DNA of 64,000 nucleotides from contig NC_068984.1 of the NCBI RefSeq assembly GCF_001194135.2, forward strand, positions 52,884,786 through 52,948,785, given 5' to 3'. Each line of letters begins with the position of its first letter. Position 1 is the first letter of the stretch. This document shows positions 22,472 to 35,770 of the stretch, piece after piece. Source of the stretch: Octopus bimaculoides (taxonomy: Eukaryota). A program made the translations under genes and the position numbers. The notes beneath the pieces are model-generated. The model searched no databases. It was not told the DNA's origin and was given only the letters and a program-made list of their open reading frames with translations.

Positions 22472-24466
22472 ATCTTAGATCTTCAAAAAAGGAAATTGAA
22501 GACTCCAGCTGGTCAACTTGGCTTCCTTTTGATCATGAAAAACTAACATCACCTCGTAGTTCCTGGTCTTTGCCATTTGGTTTAAAAAGCGAACCAGAAA
22601 ATGATAGCTTTTTCACTCAGCAACCAAGTACACCTGTCACACAGCAAGCTCCAAAACAGACCAACTTACCACCCATATATCCTTCAAGGAATAATTCTGC
22701 AAAAGACTTATTAAATCAGACAGAAGAGACAAGTGAGAAAATAAAAGGTGAAACTTCTCAGTGTACTACCTTGGAACCTGAAACCGAGAGCCATAAGGAT
22801 AAAACTGAAGCTGTCCAAGCAACTTTGGATCCTTCAAGAAAAAATAAAACTAAGAAAAATGAAAAACACTCATTATTTGATCCAGTAGAAAATAAATCAG
22901 ATTCTCCAAAAGAGGATTCTTTTATAGATATTTCTTCAATTGAATCCAATATTTCATTTGAAAGTGAAAAATCTAATTTTGTAGAACATGAATCTATAAC
23001 AGAAAGTAATTCTACCATGGGTAAGGCAGTCCCTGATTTTGAAGAAATTTCATCTTCAAATACAGTCTCATCAACAGAGATTTTAAAGAGTTCTACAGAA
23101 GCAAATATTTCATTTGAAGAACTAGAATCAGAGGTGAAAATTGATAATGAGAGAGAAAGTACACCTGCTTATGAGAGTTCTCTTTTAGCAGTGTGTGTAA
23201 ACACTGATTCTGATAATGGTGAGAGCCCACTACAGATGAAAGGTTCTGATTTTGAGCCTGCAGAGTCAAGAGACAATAACAAACCTTCTCATCAAAGTTT
23301 TAACTCTGATCAGGAGAATGTAGGGCTCTCAGATTTAGATTTACAAAATTATAAGCCTGTAGAAATTGGAAAACAAACACTGGAGTCTGCAAATGATTCT
23401 CTTCAAGAAGATGAAAATGCTGAAATTAGTATAGTAAATGAGGACCTCAAAACTGTTAGTGGTACTGATGCTCTTCCCTGTGATAACTCAAATTTGATGG
23501 ATGTTACTTGTGAATCTTTAAATAGTTTCCATACTGTTATTAGATCACAAACAACCAGTAATAAAACTGATAAATCTGATGTAGTGGAAGTTGTTGAAAG
23601 CTGTGATATAACTGAATTTACTCAGTCTGCATCTCAGGCTCAAGTGGAGCCTTCGTCTTCATTGGTTTCTGAATCAGTTGAAGATCATTACGACAAAACT
23701 CTTTCATCAGAAGGAAAGTTACTAAAAGATAATAAAAAGATTTTTAAAGGTGTATGTGAAACCCCTATAAATAACAAACAACAGGAACTTGAAGAATATA
23801 GTCCATTAAGTCCAATTGTAGAGGTAATTGAAGAAAGTTCAAACAAAGTAGATTGTTATGAAAGTAAAATTGACAGTAGTGCTAATACAAGCAGTTGTTC
23901 ATCAGAGACTGTTATAGAGAAGGTGTCTACACTAATTGAAACTGAAGGAAAACAAGAATTAGAAGCTGCTAGTACAGAAAGTATCATGTCTTCCTCTTCC
24001 AATAGTTCCTATGTAAAATGTCTTATAGAAGAAGCTATGGAAGAGGCTCGTTCTGAACACAGTGATAGCCATTCAAATTCAGCTGACCGATCAGAGAGTT
24101 CCAAAACAGAGTCTGAGCATAATAGTGAAAAGAGTGTCAGTGGTCATGATTCTGGTGATGAAATAGACACAACAACATCATCAGATATTGAAATAATATC
24201 TACTCCAACCCCAAATGGAGAACGCAGTGAGCGTTTGTTTGATTTATCTCCATTACGAATAACATTGCACAAAAGCTTACCACAGCGTAGCCCTGTTCAT
24301 GCCCACCAACGATCAGATAGCCAGTCAAGCTCTAGTACATACAGCAAATGTGGAGAATCCGATCAGTTAAGTCCTGGACGTGATAGCTTAGAACGACAAG
24401 ATCTAGAATCTGGAGACGAGAGTAAAGAAGGTGCTACTCCTTCAGTTAAAGAAGAACCAAATAATG
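22472..24466 (+). CDS. TMF1: TMF1 coding exon 2 (1995 nt; acidic Ser/Glu-rich low-complexity region)
   Basis: Acceptor ttttatag|AT in phase 1; open frame of the 685-aa ORF; includes HDSGDEIDTTTSSDIEIISTP, similar to the SxDEIxTxTSSDIEIIS motif of TMF1 homologs; donor AATG|GTGAGT, phase 1. Confidence 0.9.
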
Positions 24467-24899
24467 GTGAGTAATTTACTTCAATATTGATGCTGATTTG
24501 TCTTCATCTATCTACCTATGACAAGTATATAGAGGAAGACATATCCAGTCAGATGCTGGGGTTGATATAATCAACTGTTTCTGCCTACACAGTTTGTGGC
24601 TTTCTTCCCATGTAATAGATCAATATTCATAACTTTCACAAATGTCGCTTCCTAAAAAACATAATTTTGTTACAACAGTAAAGTATTCCAGGATCTTTTT
24701 TTTACCAATTGTAGATTTTTGTTTTAAATCTCATTGATAACTTTGTGATATTTCATTACATTCTTTTACATTCTGAGTTCAAATTCCGTTGGGCTCAATT
24801 TTATCTTTGAGTTGTATTGGTTTAATGAAATATATATAAAAAAAGTCAAATGCTGATGTCAGTTAAATAAACTACATGCATTTGTAGTTATGTACCAAT

Positions 24900-25100
24900 C
24901 ATCATCATCATCATTTAACATTTGTTTTCCATGCAGGCATGAGTTGGATGTTTGACTGGAGCTGGTAAGGCCAGTGGCCACACCAGGCTCCATTGTTTGT
25001 TCTGTATGATTTCTTGCTTACTAGAACCTTAGACTTTGCTAAGTTAACCTTAAGGCCATTTGATTCGAGATTTTGCTTCCATACCTGAAATTTCTTCATC
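24900..25100 (-). mobile_element. RTE LINE reverse-transcriptase fragment fused to the element's 3' end
   Basis: Minus strand KFQVWKQNLESNGLKVNLAKSKVLVS (RTE RT domain 6-7 type) joins directly to tggagcctggtg...ccaactcatgcctgcatggaaaac...(gat)n. Confidence 0.7.
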
Positions 25101-25879
25101 AATGTTAGTTATTATTGAAATTTTTCAGACTATCAATTTGTCTTTTAAGTTGAACAATTTATTTTTAATATTCTACAAATTTTTTAATTGGTTTGATTTT
25201 TGATCATTATCAGGTGCCTTTTTCCTGCATATGTACATAATACAGACAGGATTCAATCTGGAAGCCTTTATCTTTAAACTGAGGGTATACTTTTACCTAC
25301 AAGGCCACTGAAATTGGATTATTATTGAAAACAACTCCTAGCTATCTTTCCTTCTCCACCACCATATGTTTCTCATTCATCCCATGTGCTATTCCTGCAT
25401 CTCTCTCTCTCTCTTCGCTCCTACACTCTTACAACTTATCCCCCCTACATGTCATCTCTCCTAGCTATACCATCATTACTATACTGCTCCATGCATCATT
25501 AGTCGCTCCACACCCTTTATCCACCATTTACTATCCAATATACAAATGTCACCTACTCTTCCCTACCTCTCCTACTTATCACCTCCCAATACTTGTTCTT
25601 CATTCATTATATTCACTCCCTCGCCCATTCCCCATCTGTTACTCTCCCATATAAACCTCTACCCACCCATTCTTTTGGTTTTTCTATCCTCACTCACTTC
25701 TACTCACCTCATACTTTGAGGATCCACTATTTCTGTTTCTTCCTAGCTTCACCCTTCTACTCTCTCTCCTAAAATATGAGAAGCCATGTAGCTCCTCTAC
25801 AACAAGAAGTCTGTTCTCCTCTTGCCTCTTCTGTCAAATTTATCACCTCATTTCCAGGCATAACTCTCTTGTGGTTTGT

Positions 25880-26135
25880 AATCTTGCAAGTTGCATGGTG
25901 ACCTCACTGGTACTGGTGCCATGAAAAAGCACCCAGTACATGCTGTAAAGTGGTTGGAATAGGAAGAGCATCTAGCCATAGAAACTATGCCAGAATAGAC
26001 AGTGGAGCATAATGCAATTCTTGTGCCTGTTGGATCCTATCAAACCATGCAATCTATTCTAGCATGGAATGTAGACATTAAATGTAGACATTAAATGTAG
26101 ACATTAAATGACAAAGATGATGAATATGATGATAA
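25880..26135 (+). mobile_element. RTE-type LINE 3' fragment
   Basis: aaaagcacccagtaca...tggttggaataggaag...; the tail motif aatgtagacatta is triplicated at 26068-26106. Confidence 0.7.
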
Positions 26136-26559
26136 TATATAGTTGTTTGTAAATTGAATGTAGCAAACTGAAACTAGTATATTTCTGAGTTTAAAAGCAA
26201 GTTTAACTTATCAGCAAGGTACGATTTCAGTATTATCTAATAGATCAAATGCTGCAAATTTAACACATTTATGCAGAAGTTGTTATTGAAGTTTGTAGCT
26301 TAACCTCTGCTATCAGTTACCATTGCTTGGTTACAAACCCTGATATCTTAGAAACCTGATTTAAAAGAATATTAATAACTATTTATAATGTTATGACTGT
26401 CTAAATAATACCCACTAAGTAAATCCCTGTTATCAGTGTGTAACTAAAACTCTGAACGACCACTACCATATCTCTAGATGAGATCAGGCAAACTGCAGTG
26501 TAGAGAAAGTTCCATGTAGAATATGATATAGTCACTTATAAATATGGAATTAAATAAAA

Positions 26560-26886
26560 CAGCACATGGCTTAGAACTTAGGGTATTTGGTTACGATTGT
26601 AAGGTCATGGGGAGTTCAATTCTCAGCAGTGTCTTGTGTCCTTGAACAAGGCACTTTATTTTATGTTGCTCCAGTCCACTCATCTGGTAAAAATGAATAG
26701 TACCTGTATTTCAAAGGGCCAACCTTTGTCACATCCTGTGTCATGCTGAATCTCTCTGAGAACTATGTTAAAAGTATGTGTGTCTGTAGAGAGCTCAGCC
26801 ACTTGCACATTAAGTTCACGAGCTATCTGTTCTGTTGATCAGATCGTCAACTGGAACTCTCATTGTTTTAACCAGTGGAGTGCCAG
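26560..26886 (+). mobile_element. tRNA-derived SINE (shared core, 63380-type tail)
   Basis: Head tggcttag...gagttcaattc, core gtgtccttgaacaaggcact...ttgctccagtccactcatctgg, tail gtacctgtatttcaaaggg...ggagtgcc. Confidence 0.75.
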
Positions 26887-26899
26887 ATATATATATATA

Positions 26900-27783
26900 T
26901 CTTTATATATAAAAGACAGGATGTGTGTGTGTGTGTACATGAATGTAATTTATGCACATCCACAAATTAGCATGCATGTCGCTCCAATTTTAGGACATTC
27001 GTCATGACCCTAGCTGTATTTTCGTCAACTTATTTTTCCCAGAGGCACCAGCGAATAGCAGTAAAAATAAATTTTCAACCAAAACTTTTAACAATTTTAA
27101 CAGAAATCCACCATTGTTTACAACAGGAGTTAAATCCCCTTCTAGCGACAAGTAAGTTTTTATTAAGACTTTTGTTGTTTTTTTCCATCGAGGAAAAAAG
27201 TGTTTTGTTGGTAAACGGGCAACACACACACACACATAGGAACATGTATGCGTACAAAAAGTATGTATGCAATTGGTGTACATATGTATGTGTGTGTGNN
27301 NNNNNNNNNNNNNNNNNNNNNNNNNNNNNNNNNNNNNNNNNNNNNNNNNNNNNNNNNNNNNNNNNNNNNNNNNNNNNNNNNNNNNNNNNNNNNNNNNNNN
27401 NNNNNNNNNNNNNNNNNNNNNNNNNNNNNNNNNNNNNNNNNNNNNNNNNNNNNNNNNNNNNNNNNNNNNNNNNNNNNNNNNNNNNNNNNNNNNNNNNNNN
27501 NNNNNNNNNNNNNNNNNNNNNNNNNNNNNNNNNNNNNNNNNNNNNNNNNNNNNNNNNNNNNNNNNNNNNNNNNNNNNNNNNNNNNNNNNNNNNNNCTGGA
27601 ATAGCAATGGCCTGCTAGTTGGAGATACCTGTCAAGCTCTTGTAAACATATAATAATTCTAGTGAAACACATTCACTGATTTCGAAAATAGAAATAATAC
27701 ATTTCTAAATCTCTCAGAGATTAGTTGTGATCTGAACATAACTGCTTCTGACACAGAGAATCGGGAGCCCTTTTGGGCATTCT
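26900..27783 (+). mobile_element. Non-autonomous Helitron-like element (copy 3, spans a gap)
   Basis: A|TCTTTATATATAAAAGAC(TG)n 5' end; body homologous to 9900-10320 (reverse); 3' hairpin gccc-tttt-gggc shared with copy 2. Confidence 0.65.
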
Positions 27784-28710
27784 GTTTTCCTTGCTGGAAG
27801 GGTTCCCAACCCATGGGCAAAGAGGGGTTAGATGATGAGGGTGGTGTTTTCAAAGGGCTGACATGTATAATCTGACCACCTCTGCTGACCAAACTCCCAA
27901 CCCATGCGCTCCCATCGCAACACTGATTCTGCCCAAATTTGACATCAATGTTACTTAAGTGTTATATATATATATATATATATGTCTAGAAGAGTATACT
28001 GACAGGAGAGTCAGGCATGGTGGATAAAGGTTCTTTGTGCATAATCTTCACTCAAGCATCTGGATTTAGGAAGAAAGAGGGAGAAGTGATGGCAGGATAT
28101 AGATGGTGGAGGTATGGAGAAGGGAGATGTTCAATATGCTCAAATTGAGTATTTTCCTCTCAGTTTAAGGTGGCATGGTGCAGTGAGTATTAGAGATGAA
28201 TGTGGCAATGAATGGGTACAGAATAAGAACAGTAGTTAGGAGAATGAATGGTGGGAGGGTGTGAGAATATAGATTGGGTGATGCATGTACAAAACAATAG
28301 ACAAGAGAAGAGGTGCATGCACTAGGGTTGTGCAGGTGGCTTGGTCAGTCAGCGCAGTCTTCTGTGATCTCCTTCACTTGGGACTTATTCCTAGTCGTGT
28401 GGTTCTCTTATGGTTGTCCTACAAGGACTGTAGTATCAGTGGTGCCACCTTTCCTTGGGTAAAGCTGAACTACATCTCATCTAGAGCTAATACTGTCTCT
28501 AATCAGTTTTGCAATAACCCTTGCTGTAACTTTCATAACCTGGTCTAACAGTTTAATTCTTCTGTAGTTTTCTCTCTCACTTGTGTATCTTGTAGCAGTT
28601 TACAATGAGACTGCAGCACTGGTCATTGTCTGCATTATTTGATTTACTATTTGAGCAATTATTTTGAATATTGAATATTTTGTAAATGAATTTATTCATA
28701 TTTTTACAAA

Positions 28711-29038
28711 AACCACCACTAAAACCACCACCACCACGAGATCGTTGCCAGTGCCCCTGGACTGGCTCTTGTACGGGTGGCACATAAAATACACCATTTT
28801 GAGCGTGGCCGTTGCCAGTACCGCCTGACTGGCCTTCGTGCGGGTGACACGTAAAAGCACCCACTACACTCTCTGAGTGGTTGGCGTTAAGAAGGGCATC
28901 CAGCTGTAGAAACTCTGCCAAATCAGATTGGAGCCTGGTGTTGCCATCCGGTTTCACTAGTCCTCAGTCAAATCGTCCAACCCATGCTAGCATGGAAGGC
29001 AGACGTTAAACGATGATGATGATGATGATGATGATGAT
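28711..29038 (+). mobile_element. Young RTE-type LINE 3' fragment
   Basis: CpG-rich, nearly identical to 42731-42827 and to the reverse of 58068-58225; (gat)n tail; inserted into a segment duplicated without the insert at 32663-32890. Confidence 0.85.
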
Positions 29039-29358
29039 GTCTGTCAGTGTTTCATCAAAGAAAGTGTTTGCTAACTCCATCAGATAAATGTTTCAGAAGC
29101 TGTCAAGTGATATGTTTTTGACCAATTTCTTAAGAAGATATTTCTTGGTTGGTTTGACTTTCTGTGTATATAGTTAAGGATCTCATTTTGTTTGTGGAAA
29201 TGACTGTACAAGAAATTAGTAAGATCATCCACCAGATTATAAAAGTTAAACTGTGAATGATAAAAAGGCATTTATAAATTTTTTTAAGAAAGATGTTATA
29301 AGGGTATATTAATTAGTATTGACAAATGTTTTATAAAACAAATGTTTACATTTTGTAG

Positions 29359-29423
29359 ATAAAGATTCACCTGATGTTCCATTGGATGTTAAAGATGCTT
29401 GTCATCCGGATAAATTGCTTAAA
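29359..29423 (+). CDS. TMF1: TMF1 coding exon 3
   Basis: ttttgtag|AT, phase 1; DKDSPDVPLDVKDACHPDKLLK; donor AAA|GTAAGT, phase 0. Confidence 0.85.
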
Positions 29424-31203
29424 GTAAGTAACTACTGTTCGTAGAATATGTTGTTTTTCACACCTATTCCTCAGTAATATTTCATGCATTTATACAGGAT
29501 TTCTAATGTTTAGCTTTCACTTCATTTCAATTTATGTTTCTGAAATTTGAATTATGCTTGCAATTTCTTGTGATTAATTGTGCTAATACTTGGAATAAAT
29601 TACTTCACGAAAGCATTTAACCAATCATTTACAAATGACTAGCTGGAGTATTAATATTTTAAATTGAACAAAGACCTAATCACTGCATTTGTCAGCGCAC
29701 TATTACTAATTAAATTGGAAGAGAGTAATGAAACACCTGGTCTATGCTATTTACCCTGTATGTAGCTTCTTATTGTTTTAATGGCACTTTTTTTCTTGTT
29801 CTATTATATTGATGAAATGCACCATAATCCTCTGCAGGAAACAAAAATAAAGTGTTTTGAAATTTTAAAATACATTCTATATATTTAGATACATTTGTCA
29901 ATAAAATTTAGCTATAGAAATATATTACCAAAAGGTAGATAGATCAATATACACTGTCATCATTGGAATGATACATCAGTTATTTACTTGGTGATTGTTG
30001 TTTAGACCTAGATCCACCTTGATTGAAGAGATCTAGAGTCAAATGCATAACAGATGTTACCATCCCATTTTTTTTTTGTGTTTGGCCTTATGTATTTAAG
30101 ACTCCATTATCCAGTTTATCCTGTGTTATGTCTTCCTATTTTTTTTAAGATGGTAGGGTGCAATTTGTGGAAGATTTGGCTGTTAATCCTGGCACTTGAG
30201 CAACTGTTTAGAGGTTCCCTTGTTGGCTTGTTATTCAGTTTTTAATGGATATTACTGTATATGTTTCATATAGTTTGATTTGAGCATGAAATTATATTTT
30301 ATATAGTATTAGATAGATTTTATTTATTTAACTATATAGTGTATATAGTGGAAAGCAATTCACATGCACACACACATATACATTCATCAAGCAAATAAAT
30401 AAAGGTAGTCCTTTGAACTGAGCTGTCTTTGTAGAGCATTATATTCTCAAGTCTTTTCCAGTTGTTTACTAGTGCTATCTCCATTCCCTACTCAGTTCAA
30501 ACTTCATACTCTGATTGCTTGCTCATATCACTTATCAATGCCTTTGCCTCTCAGCACACCAATTAAGTTCACTATCTTATAAAAATATTGCTTTATCTGG
30601 CTGCCCTTTTTTTATTTTTAAGATTATTCTTTTACTCTTTTATTGGCTTCAAGTATCTTATGTAATTATATTGTCCCCAGTACTTTATCTGGTAAACATT
30701 TACATTAACCCCTATTTATCAAACGACTAATTTTTGCCAGACGTAAATCTTTTCAGAGAATTACTGGCCTTTTATGGACTTAAATATAACAAAATATTTA
30801 CACTGGTTTATACACACTCACGCATATGTACATGCACACACACACACACATGTAGAAAAAATATTACCTTAATTAAAATGAAGTGAGAATTGATGTTAGG
30901 AAGAGCATCTTATTGTAGAAAAATCTGCTTCAACAAGTTTTTTTCTAACTGATGTTAGCATGGAGAAGTGACCTTTAAAATAGTGATGGTAGTGATATAC
31001 ATGCATATTTAATGCATAGTGTGTGTGTGTATATGTATACACACACACACACATACAAGTAAGCACATAAATGCAAAACAAGGTGGAAAAAAATAGTACT
31101 TGAATACCAAAGGTAGAGTAATATGCTTTTATTAAAGATGAAAAAATGTTCACAAACAGTTTGTGAAGATTTTTTCAGCTTCAGTAAAAGTATATATTCC
31201 TTT

Positions 31204-31388
31204 ATTTGTTTCAGTCATTTGACTGCGGCCATGCTGAAGCACCGCCTTTAGTCAAGCAAGCTGACCCCAGGACTTATTCTTTGTAAGCCTAGTACTTATT
31301 CTATCAGTCTCTTTTGCCGAACCGCTAAGTTACGGGGACGTAAACACACCAGCATCAGTTGTCAAGCGATGTTGGGGTGGCAAACACA

Positions 31389-31442
<54 letters not shown>

Positions 31443-31613
31443 CATACATACAGCGGGCTTCTTTCAGTTTCCATCTACCAAATCCACTCACAGGGCTTTG
31501 GTCAGCCTGAAGCTATAGTAGAAGACACTTGCCCAAGGTGCCACCCAGTGGGACTGAACCTGGAACCATGTGGTTGGTAAGCAAGCTATTTACCACACAC
31601 CTGCTCCTGCGCC
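31204..31613 (-). mobile_element. tRNA-headed SINE with internal microsatellite
   Basis: Near full-length reverse copy (tgtttcagtcatttgactgcggccatgc ... ccacacacctgctcctgcgcct). Confidence 0.9.
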
Positions 31614-32357
31614 TATGTATATGTTCTTTTTACTTTAGTAAAAGTATATATGTATATGTTCTTTTTATAACACAATAGAATGTTTGATTTGAAGGAAGTT
31701 TTCCCGGTTATTTCTTGTCTGAGTAGATCTTTAATGAAAGTGTTAAATTCCTCATTCTGTATATCAAGGAATACATTTTCTAAAATATGTTTTGGAAAAG
31801 GTAGATTCTGATTTTTGGGAATTCTGGCTGCTACTTTTAGCAGGTCAGTCAATTGCATTAGTTCTTGTTATTGTTAGCTTTGGATCAACTCTGATAGATC
31901 AGACTTATGGTAAAATGTGTTCTTTTAATATTGGTAAGCTGTGTTTTTGAATATCAATAAGTCCGTTGCTCAATGTGTCCTTCCTTTTTAAAGACTGTAA
32001 ACTTATAATTTGAGAGGGATTTGGCTGCTATTTCTAGCGATTTGAATGGCTGTTCATAGGCTATGTCATTGATTACCACATAGAGCTACCTTAAGTTGTT
32101 GCTCTTTTGCCCCAGATTAAACCTTGTTGAGTAGACCTATGTTAAATGCATTCCAATGCGACTTGTCTTTTTGTATATTAGGGACTGCATTATGATAAGT
32201 ATCTTTCCATTATTAAGATTATATGTGGTTTGAAAGAGATTTGGCTGCTATTTCAAGCAGTTTGAGTGACCACTCAGTCTTCCTTTTTGTCAGAAGGTAA
32301 GGTACATATTCTTTCACACATATTGATAGAGATTGTGTGCGTGTGTGTGTGCACGCA

Positions 32358-32600
32358 TTTGGTGACATTTACATTCAATAACAGGCATATCTAGTGCATT
32401 CAAATGCACAGTTTAGTGAGAAAACTAATAAATATTTTAAGTATTGTTCCATGTTTGCTGCAGATATTGTGTGTGTGTATGTGTGTGAACCTGTTTAAAT
32501 TGATATTCAATAAAGGCATGCCCAATTTATTCAAATACAGAGTTTAGTGGGAAAACTAACATTTAAAATATTGTTTCTTGTTTGCTGCAGTCATTGTATG
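32358..32600. repeat. Diverged tandem duplication, 2 x ~130 bp
   Basis: attcaataa.aggcat...attcaaat.ca.agtttagtg.gaaaactaa...tgtttgctgcag..attgt.tgtgtg occurs twice in a row. Confidence 0.7.
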
Positions 32601-33061
32601 TGTGTGAGAATGAGAGATGAAAAACTGACACTTTTGGGAATCCACAATCAGGAGAGAACACAATTTTGAATATTGAATACTTTGTAAATGAATTTATTCA
32701 TATTTTTACAACATGCCTGTCTGTTTCAGCAAAGAAAGTGTTTGCTAACCCCATCAGATAAATGTTTCAGAAGCTGTCAAGAGATATGTTTTTTACCAAT
32801 TTCTTAAGATATTTCTTGGTTGGTTTGACTTTCTGTGTATATAGTTAAGGGTCTCATTTTGTTTGTGGAAATGACTGTACAGAAAATTAGTTGGGTCAAG
32901 TGTGATGTCAAAGAATTATTTTCAAGTTATTCTAATAACAGGCAAGACTCTCATAACACTTTCTTGTTGCATAATTTAAAATCAAATTTTGTTTTTCTTG
33001 ACCACCTTTTGCATTTCTGAAACCATGACCTTCACTGAGAAAAAATATCTCCACTGGTTCT

Positions 33062-33292
33062 TTAATCCTTTAGCGTTTAAATCAGCCATATCCAGCCAAA
33101 ATATTCTACTTGTTATATGTTCAAACAGGCTAGATCTGGCTTCTCACACCAACTCTGCAATATTACTCTATAAAATTAACAGTTACCTCATCAAAATCTC
33201 ATAGCTACAAGGCAATGCATGATCAATTCAAAACAATGTGAAGAAAAAAAGTATTACTTTTGCTAGAATAATGTAAATTGCTAAAGGGTTAA
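33062..33292 (-). mobile_element. piggyBac-like MITE
   Basis: TTAA|tcctttagcgttt...ttgctaaaggg|TTAA; reverse orientation of the 41218 copy. Confidence 0.75.
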
Positions 33293-35369
33293 TTTTTATG
33301 ATATATTTATAACTATCCAAATCAACTTGTAAATAATTGACTTTCTTGATGTCTCTAATTTCTTGTACCGTCTTTTTCACAAACCAAATGAGATCCCTGG
33401 CTATATACTCAGAAATTCAAACCATCCAAGAAATATCTTTAAAATTTATCCTTTATAATATCAAGTCTGATAGTAAATGAACAAATTTTTCAAAACAATG
33501 TTTATTATTGTGGTGATACAATGAAGCACAGTGGCTTTCAGGAAAAAAAATCACTTTTATTTAATCCACAAATACTCCAACCTGCCATAAGAATAGACAA
33601 AGAAATACTACATGGCTCAATCCACCTCTGTTCAAAGGTCATTACTTCTATTGCCAAATTATTTTTCTCTTCAGTAAAAAAGCATTTTCTCCATCAACAT
33701 AGTACCACTAAATATTTAACAAAAGTACAGTTAAAATCTCATACTCTGCTACCCCTAACCTAGAACAGTCTATCACTTCTTCAAACCATACTAGACACAA
33801 CAAAGTTAACTAGGATCCCAATTTTCACACTAACTGCACCAACTTTCTTGTCTCTTAGATTCCAAATACCTATCTAGGTAGCAGCTTACCAATGCAATGT
33901 CTATACTGGTAATTCAACAAAAATTTTCATCTGTCAAACCACCAGCAACTTCAGAACTTCATAGAATATACACCTCTTCACAATCATGCACAAATCAAGA
34001 TGAGACAATATCACTATCTGAATATATTGTGATTTAATGGTTGGAAACAGTTTAGATTGAAAATTTTTCAGTCTAAACTGCCCACAGTTTAGATTGCAAA
34101 ATTATTTACTAAAGCTAATTCTTTCACTGGAGACCAAAATAATCTGTTTCTCTGCCTGGCAGAATCATACGAGACTCTGTGTTAAAAACCACCTACTGAA
34201 TAGACTCACTGACACTCTGAAAAATTATTTTCATGTAACTTCAGAACTTTTAAGTACTTCAAGTCTACTACATTTTAACAAGGACAATTCCACCAAAAAA
34301 AAATCACTGCAGCCATTCCAGTTTTAAAGATCCTTAACTCATTACCTTTTCCCCATGTCTTCCACATTCAACTTTTCTACCACTCTTAGCATGATGCTAG
34401 TTCATTATGTGTCACCACCATTTTTTGTCTCATGTCTATTTTACACACACACACTATCTTTTCTTTGCTCTGTAGACAAGCCATCATGCTTTATACCTTT
34501 TCTACCATTTTTATATTTATGTTCTGCTAATGGACATATGCAAATACCCACTGATAACTTAATAACTATCCATTTGTCCTAGATTTTGTTTCTTATGTTT
34601 TATTCCACTCACATATACATGTGTCAAGCTAAGTGAAATCGTAGTTGTGGCCAGTGCTGCTAACACATGAAAGGCACTTGTGCCAGTGACACATAAAAGG
34701 CACCTGTGCTGGTGACCACCCATGCTAGTAACATGTAAAGACTCCCAATTATTCATTATTTCAACAATTTATTGATATTTCACAATTTAGTATTGGTTGT
34801 TTTTTTTTTACATTTTTAATTATTAGTTCCATTCTTAATTACTTGTTCTTTTATAACTACTAGTGGCATTTTCATCTTGTATGATCACATCATATTTCCC
34901 TTTTTTTCTTTGTTGTTGTTGTAGTAATAGTAGTAGTACTACTACTACTACTCATAAATTTTCTGACTCAAGCTCAGCCTTATTTTACTCATCATTATCA
35001 TCATTCTAATGTCCACTTTTTCATACTTGGAATTCATGCAAGTGAAACTCAAACCATGAGCTTCTTAGCCATGCAGCCATACTCACACACACACATACAC
35101 ACACCTTTGTAATGAGGATCCTGAATGTAAAGGAATATTTTCTATAAATGTCTAGATCTAAATCTATATGTATATATGTGTGTGTGTGTGTGTGTCTTTC
35201 CCATGAGTTTTCTATTATCAAAAGACTACTTACTGTCACTTCGATATACCTTTTCAATGAGGTTTCTGACTGGTTAATAGACAACTTATGTAGCAATTTT
35301 TTAGTTGGTGCTTGACAGGAAATGAAGACAAGCAATCATTTAAAAAAAAATTCCTCTATATTTTTATAT

Positions 35370-35770
35370 GTGCAGGTGTGGCTGTGTGGTAAGAAGTTTG
35401 CTTCCCAACCACATGGTTCCAAGTTCAGTCCCACTGCATGGCACCTTAAGCATGTGTCTTCTACTGTAGCTTTGGGCCGACCAAAGCTTTGTGGGTGGAT
35501 TTGGTAGATGGAAACTGAAAATAGCTCTTTGTGTGTGTGTGTGCATGTGTGCATATGGCTTTCTATCTGTGTTTGTCCCCCACCTTCATTTGACAACCAG
35601 TGTTGGTGTGTTTACGTTCTCAGAATTTAGTCGTTCAGTAAAAGACACCAATAGAATAAGTACCAGGCTGAGGGAGTAAAAAATGTATTGGGGTCAATTC
35701 ATTTGACTAAAAGTTCTTCAATGTGCTACCCCAGTATGGCTGCAATCCAATGACTGAAACAAGTAAAAAA
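35370..35770 (+). mobile_element. tRNA-headed SINE with internal microsatellite
   Basis: caggtgtggctgtgtggtaagaag...aagttcagtcccactg head through caatgactgaaacaagtaaaa end. Confidence 0.85.

Noticed and set aside
28410-28445. Minus-strand ctgatactaca-gtcct-tgt-aggac-aacc as a hammerhead
   Set aside because: A stem II-like hairpin is present, but both core boxes (CTGANGA, GAAA) are broken.
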